Assembly: GCA_030390025.1 (NCBI GenBank)
Contig: JASTWF010000354.1
Location: 372,001 to 436,000, forward strand
DNA from: Squalus acanthias
Lineage: Eukaryota
DNA length: 64,000 nt
Direction of reading: 5' to 3'
The notes below the pieces were generated by a model. That model was not told the DNA's origin. It did not search any database and was given only the letters and a program-made list of their open reading frames with translations. Position 1 is the first letter of the stretch. Each line of letters begins with the position of its first letter. Below, piece after piece: positions 58,741 through 64,000 of this stretch. The position numbers and the translations under genes were made by a program.

Positions 58741-61700
58741 AGTCCAGTGAACTGGAAATCAGCCTTGGAAGGAGCTTGGTTCCACCTGTTGATTCAGGAG
58801 TGGGACGGCCCATGAATAGATCACCGTCATTAATAATTAAATAGCTTCTACCAAGAATAATGATCAGGATGAAATAATTACAGGAATTCGATGAGGGGAT
58901 AATGTAGTTTATGGATTTCAGTGCGATCCATAAAAAGCTCAGGATAATAGATTCTGCCCCTGAAGACATTATTGTATAAATTAGTCAACTTAAACCTCAG
59001 TGAATCAGAATTAAGATCGTTACTTGAATTTAATGAAGCTGTTCAGTTTCAGTGCTAGGATTTTATCTAACAGATTTTAAATATTATTTTATTTCATTTG
59101 TGTTAATCTTTGATGCTCATTAAACATAAATCCACTTTTACTTTTGCTAATAACAGTCGCTATTCTCCGTAATCCCAAATTGCCGCATTTCCCAATGGCA
59201 GGTGGGCGGGAGCAGGTTTACTGATCAATGGGCCCATCAGACAGAGACAAAGAGCTCCTGGGAGTGGGTTCCATTTCTTTCATTCATTCTGGGGATGTGG
59301 GCGTCGCTGGCACGGCCGGCATTTATTGCCCATCCCGAGTTGCCCTGAGAAGGTGGGGGTGGGCCTTCTTCTTGAACCGCTGGGAGCGGGTTTGATACAA
59401 ACTGAGTGTCTCGCTCGGCCACTTCAGAGGGCAGTTACGTGTCAACCACATTGGTGTGGGACTGGAGTCACATATAGGCCCAGACCAGGTAAGGACGGCA
59501 GGTTTCCTTCCCTAAAGGACATCAGTGAACCAGTTGTATTTTTACGACAATCCGACAGCTTCATGGTCACTTTGACTGATCCCAGATTTTTATTGAGCCC
59601 ATATTCTAGGCTGACACTCCCAGTGCAATACTGAGTCAGAGCCAAGCCATTCAGGGGAGAAGTTAGGAATCACTTCTTCACACAAAGTGTGGTAGAAGTG
59701 TGGAACTCTCTCCCACAAAAAGCAGTAGATTCGAGCTCAATTAATGGTGTTAAATCTGAGATCGATAGATGTTTCCTAGCCAAGGGTATTAAGGGATATG
59801 GAGCCAAGGCGGGTAAATGGAGTTAGGATACAGATCAGCCATGATCTCATTGAAAGGCAGAGCAGGCTCGAGGGGCTGAATGGCCTCCTCCTGTTCCTAT
59901 GGTCCTATGAGGGAGTGCTGCACTGTCGGAGATGCCGTCTTTCAGATGAGACATTAAACCAAGACCCTGTCTGTCGTCTCAGGTGAATGTAAAAGATCCC
60001 CCGGCACTATTTGGAAGACGAGCAGGGAGTTCTCCCCAGTGTCCTGGCCAATATTTATCCCTCAACCAATATCTCTATAAAACAGATTATCTGGTCAATA
60101 TCACGTTGCTGTTTGTGGGATCTTGCTGTGCGCACCTTGGCTTTCTCATTTCCTACATTCCAACAGTGACTACATTTCATTGTCTGTGAAGCGCTTTGGG
60201 CTGTCCTGAGGTGGTGAAAGGCGCTATAGAAATACAAGGGCTTTGTTTCTGAGCTGAACATGTTAATCATTTCTCCCAAACTCTCCTTGTTGTGATTTCA
60301 GGCTCGGGTCCTGAGCAGTGCCAGAAATTGGCGATTTTAGAAACACAATGTGAAGCTTTAGCGAAAGGTTGGAGAGAAATCCTCAGACAGTGCAGCGCTG
60401 ATCTGAAGGTCAAACATACCCGGCATTCTGCACACACTTTATTCATTATTTATATCTGGGCCTGATGTCGCCTCTTTCAATTTCAATCAAGTGGAATTGT
60501 TTCCACTTGAATCTCCAATCATTTCACTTTTGTCATCCTGGGACTGATTGTTTAGTCATTTGCAGAGTGGGGACATTTCCTACTGAGCCGGTACTCGGGA
60601 CTGACCCAACATTTCCAAATGTCTCTCTCGCTGCTCCAGAGATTCTCACTCCGCTAATTCCCCTCCTGTTCCCACGGCACTTTGCTTGTTTGATCCTGGA
60701 GCTTTGATTGGGTTGGATCTGATGGCAGTGTTGCTCACACTGAACATCCTCGGCCTTGTGTGTGTTCCAGGCTCGGGGCTCTTTGGGACTTTCACACTTG
60801 CTGTTTTTAACATTCTAAAGGGACTGGATAATGTCCACCGTGACCAGCGGTCTCACCCTGTCCAGAACAGCAGAACCAGAGGACACGGCCTGAGGTGGAA
60901 GGGCAAGTTCAAAACTCATCTGTGGAAACAATATTTCAGTGAGCGAGTGGTCAATCTATGGAACCGGCTCCCGAGGGAGACGGTGGAAGCAGTTAGTGTT
61001 GATCCATCCAAAGGTGAATTAGATCGATTTCACCCAGAAAATAACATTTTGTGCTCCAGTATCTGAGTAATTGGAGACATGAGGTGTGGTGAGTGTAGTG
61101 AGCTTGGGAGGAACAGGTGAGTTTGGACCTCTGGTTCCCAAAGCTCTCCCCCACTGGGGTTTAGCTCACCTCATGTCTGGGTCTGTTGTAGACTCATTGA
61201 TCGAGATTGATCGCTGTGATTGGTCAACAAACCGAAAGGAAAGAACAAACGATATCGCCTTTCATCCACTTAGGACATCCCAAAGCGTCACAGCCAATCA
61301 AGTACTTTCCTGAAGTGTAGTCACTGTTGTAATGTGGGAAACGCGGCAGACAATTTGAGCACAGCAAGGTCCCACAAACAAAAATGATATAAATAAGCAA
61401 AAATGGATTAACTCCAGAGTAAACGTGGATTAACTCCGTGAGAGGAGGGAGACTGATGATCGGTAAGCTGCGAGTATTTCCACAACTGACAGAGCAGCGA
61501 CACTGAGCGGAATATCGTCCAGATGGTGAAGATGGATCAGGTGCCCTGGGACAGTGAACTGAAGATTGTCCAGATGGTGAAGATGGATCAGGTGCCCTGG
61601 GACAGTGAACTGAAGATTGTCCAGATGGTGAAGATGGATCAGGTGCCCTGAGACAGTGAACTGAAGATTGTCCAGATGGTGAAAATGGATCAGGTGCCCT

Positions 61701-61910
61701 GGGACAGTGAACTGAAGATTGTCCAGATGGTGAAGATGGATCAGGAGCCCTGAGACAGTGAACTGAAGATTGTCCAGATGGTGAAGATGGATCAGGTGCC
61801 CTGGGACAGTGAACTGAAGATTGTCCAGATGGTGAAGATGGATCAGGAGCCCTGAGACAGTGAACTGAAGATTGTCCAGCTGGTGAAGATGGATCAGGTG
61901 TCCTGGGACA
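58741..61910 (+). repeat. Segmental duplication copy B, ending in the 51-bp array (61517-61910, ~8 units)
   Basis: 58741-60660 matches 12978-14895; ~61300-61910 matches ~15650-17214. Confidence 0.95.
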
Positions 61911-62374
61911 ACAAGGACCCATCGACAGAAACCTTCCAGCTCGCCCGTCAGTCACTGGGAGAACCTCACACCGTGAAGCAGCATCACATCGATAGATTGA
62001 GGATCACATTAATCCTGCCCAGTCTGGGACTGTGCTGTCACTACAGCTGATGGAGGTTCCAGTTAGAGCTGGGATCTGCCCAGAGTAATAACATTTCAGC
62101 GAGGTTAAAGACAAGACAGAAAGAAACATTACACACAGTGTCAAACACTGATAACATCTCATAAATCAACTCGCGCCCTGAATGTTAAAATAAATCGTGT
62201 TTTATTCGCTCAAATTCTACAGAAAATAAAGAACTTGCATTTCTATAGTGCCTTTCATGACCTCAGGATGTTCCTAAATGTTTTACAGCCAATGACGGCC
62301 TTGCCAGTGATGCCCACATCATGCGAATGAATTAAAATCTATCATCTTACAATCCTAAAGATAACTTTCTGGGT

Positions 62375-62893
62375 ATCACACTTTAGGAAGGATGTCAAGG
62401 CCTTGGAGTGGGTGCAGAGGGGATTTACTGGAATGGTACCAGGGAGGAGGGATTTCATTTATGTGGAGAGACTGGAGAAGCTGGGATTGTTCTCCTTAGA
62501 GCAGAGAATGTTAAAGGAATATTTAATAGAGCTGTTCAAAATTATGAGGAGTTTTGATCGAATAAATAAAGAGAAACTGTTTCCAGTGGCAGGAGGGTGG
62601 GTAACCAGAGGACACAGATTGAAGGGAATTGGCAAAAGAACCAGAGGGAGATGAGGAGAATGTTTTTACAGCGAGTTGTTGTGATCTGGAATGTGCTGCC
62701 TGAAAGGGCGGTGGAAGCAGATTCAATAGTAACTTTCAAAAGGGAATTGGATAAATACTAGAACAGGAAGTATTTTCAGGGCTGTGGGGAAAGAGCAGGG
62801 AGTGGGACTAATTGGAGAGCTCTTTCAAAGAGCCGGCACAGGCCCGATGGGCCGAATGGCCTCCTCCTGTGCTGTCTGATTCTGTGACTCTAT
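62375..62893 (+). mobile_element. CR1 3' fragment
   Basis: LEWVQRGFTGMVPG...LEKLGLFSLEQR...VTRGHRLK plus 3'UTR and tail. Confidence 0.9.
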
Positions 62894-64000
62894 GAGATAC
62901 AGGGAGGCTCCAGTGACCAGTATAGAGACAGTAAATGGTTAGACATTCTTCCCATATCCAGCTGCAATCAGGGCAGCTCGGAAACTGCCCCAAGAGTCCG
63001 TAGTTCAAAGGGCACGGGCAGGATGACAGGCTCCACATTTCCAAAATACAAATCCCGTCACATTGGGGTGTCGATCCTCCCAGTAATTAGTGGGCCGCGG
63101 ACTATCGGAGAGTGAGAAGAGCAGGAGGAACATTTCCCTTCCTTCATCTCCTGCCCAGCAGACAGAAACATCAATATAAGGTCATCAGCGTTCCAATCTC
63201 ACTCTGACAGCAGCTCCCTGCTGACTAACCTGCTGTTACTGATGGGCTTGCACTTTACTCCCAACAACACACAGACCTCAACAAGATGTTCTTCCACTCC
63301 TCTCGCCTGCCTGGATCAGCAGGCAATTCACAAACTCCGCTTCACATCTTCCTTTGCCGACTCTCCCCCTCCTGCCCTCCTCAGCTCTTCCCCATCTCTT
63401 TCTCTCGCTCCCTCGCTCCATCCCCTCACGGGGCAGCTTCCAAGTTTGCTTCCCCTTTAATATTTCAGTAAAAGGCCCCTGAAATCCCCCGACTGCCCCC
63501 GGGGAAGCTCCTGAACCTTTCCTTCCTGGTTACACAGCAGACAAGGAGGGACATCTTCCCGTCACACTCCACAAACAAACCATCCCAGCACAGTGCAGGA
63601 ACACATCTGGAAACAGCTGCTCCCAGCAAGTTGGGAAGAGCTTTGTGTCGATGGAATTGAAGCAAAAACCAGCCCAGTCCCCGAGTTTGTCTCCCGATAA
63701 ATTAGAGCAGATGTCCCGGAGCTGATTCCTGCTCCTCACTGGGACAAGGTGCAAACACGGAATATGAGTGAATTTGCAGTTATTCTGCACCTTCTCATTC
63801 CCAGTCTCGGAGCAAGTGTCACAAACTGAACCACAGCTCATCCACTCAGCCCTAATCACCCAGCTTAATGAAAACTGCAAACCCAACCCTTCGTAAACAC
63901 ATCACTCATTGTGTGAATCATTCACTCACACATCCTCACCCCTGAGAGCGATCCATAAACCACATCGCACTGAATATTATGGGCTGTGTCTATTTCAGTG

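Overview
This is vertebrate genomic DNA, most likely from a cartilaginous fish (inferred from shark-type CR1, L2, Deu-domain SINE, HE1-like SINE, Penelope and Harbinger families). It is almost entirely transposable elements and minisatellites, with a 200-N gap at 17263-17462. No intact host protein-coding gene is recognisable. The long ORFs are either decayed retroelement ORFs or artefacts of stop-free tandem repeats. Main contents: a Gypsy pol 3' end; a near full-length CR1 (about 1.06-6.19 kb) carrying a nested Harbinger fragment and a 215-bp solo LTR; many truncated CR1, L2, RTE and Penelope copies; more than 15 tandem arrays; and two local segmental duplications (about 11.6-17.2 kb vs 55.3-61.9 kb, and 45.2-46.4 kb vs 49.95-50.5 kb). 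Four signals stand out. (1) A 33-bp minisatellite sits at the same internal hairpin of five diverged Deu-SINE copies, all sharing one junction variant, within a wider pattern of TE-to-minisatellite conversion. (2) A 49-bp array is built from the CR1 3' stem-loop. (3) A 193-bp palindromic Penelope-type insertion has perfect 67-bp arms and a hammerhead ribozyme core. (4) A 1152-bp solo LTR has a 6-bp TSD and twin hairpins at its predicted transcription start. Weak hints of minus-strand host exons occur near 26.4 and 31.0-31.5 kb. Family names come from recognition, not database searches. Boundaries without a TSD are approximate.
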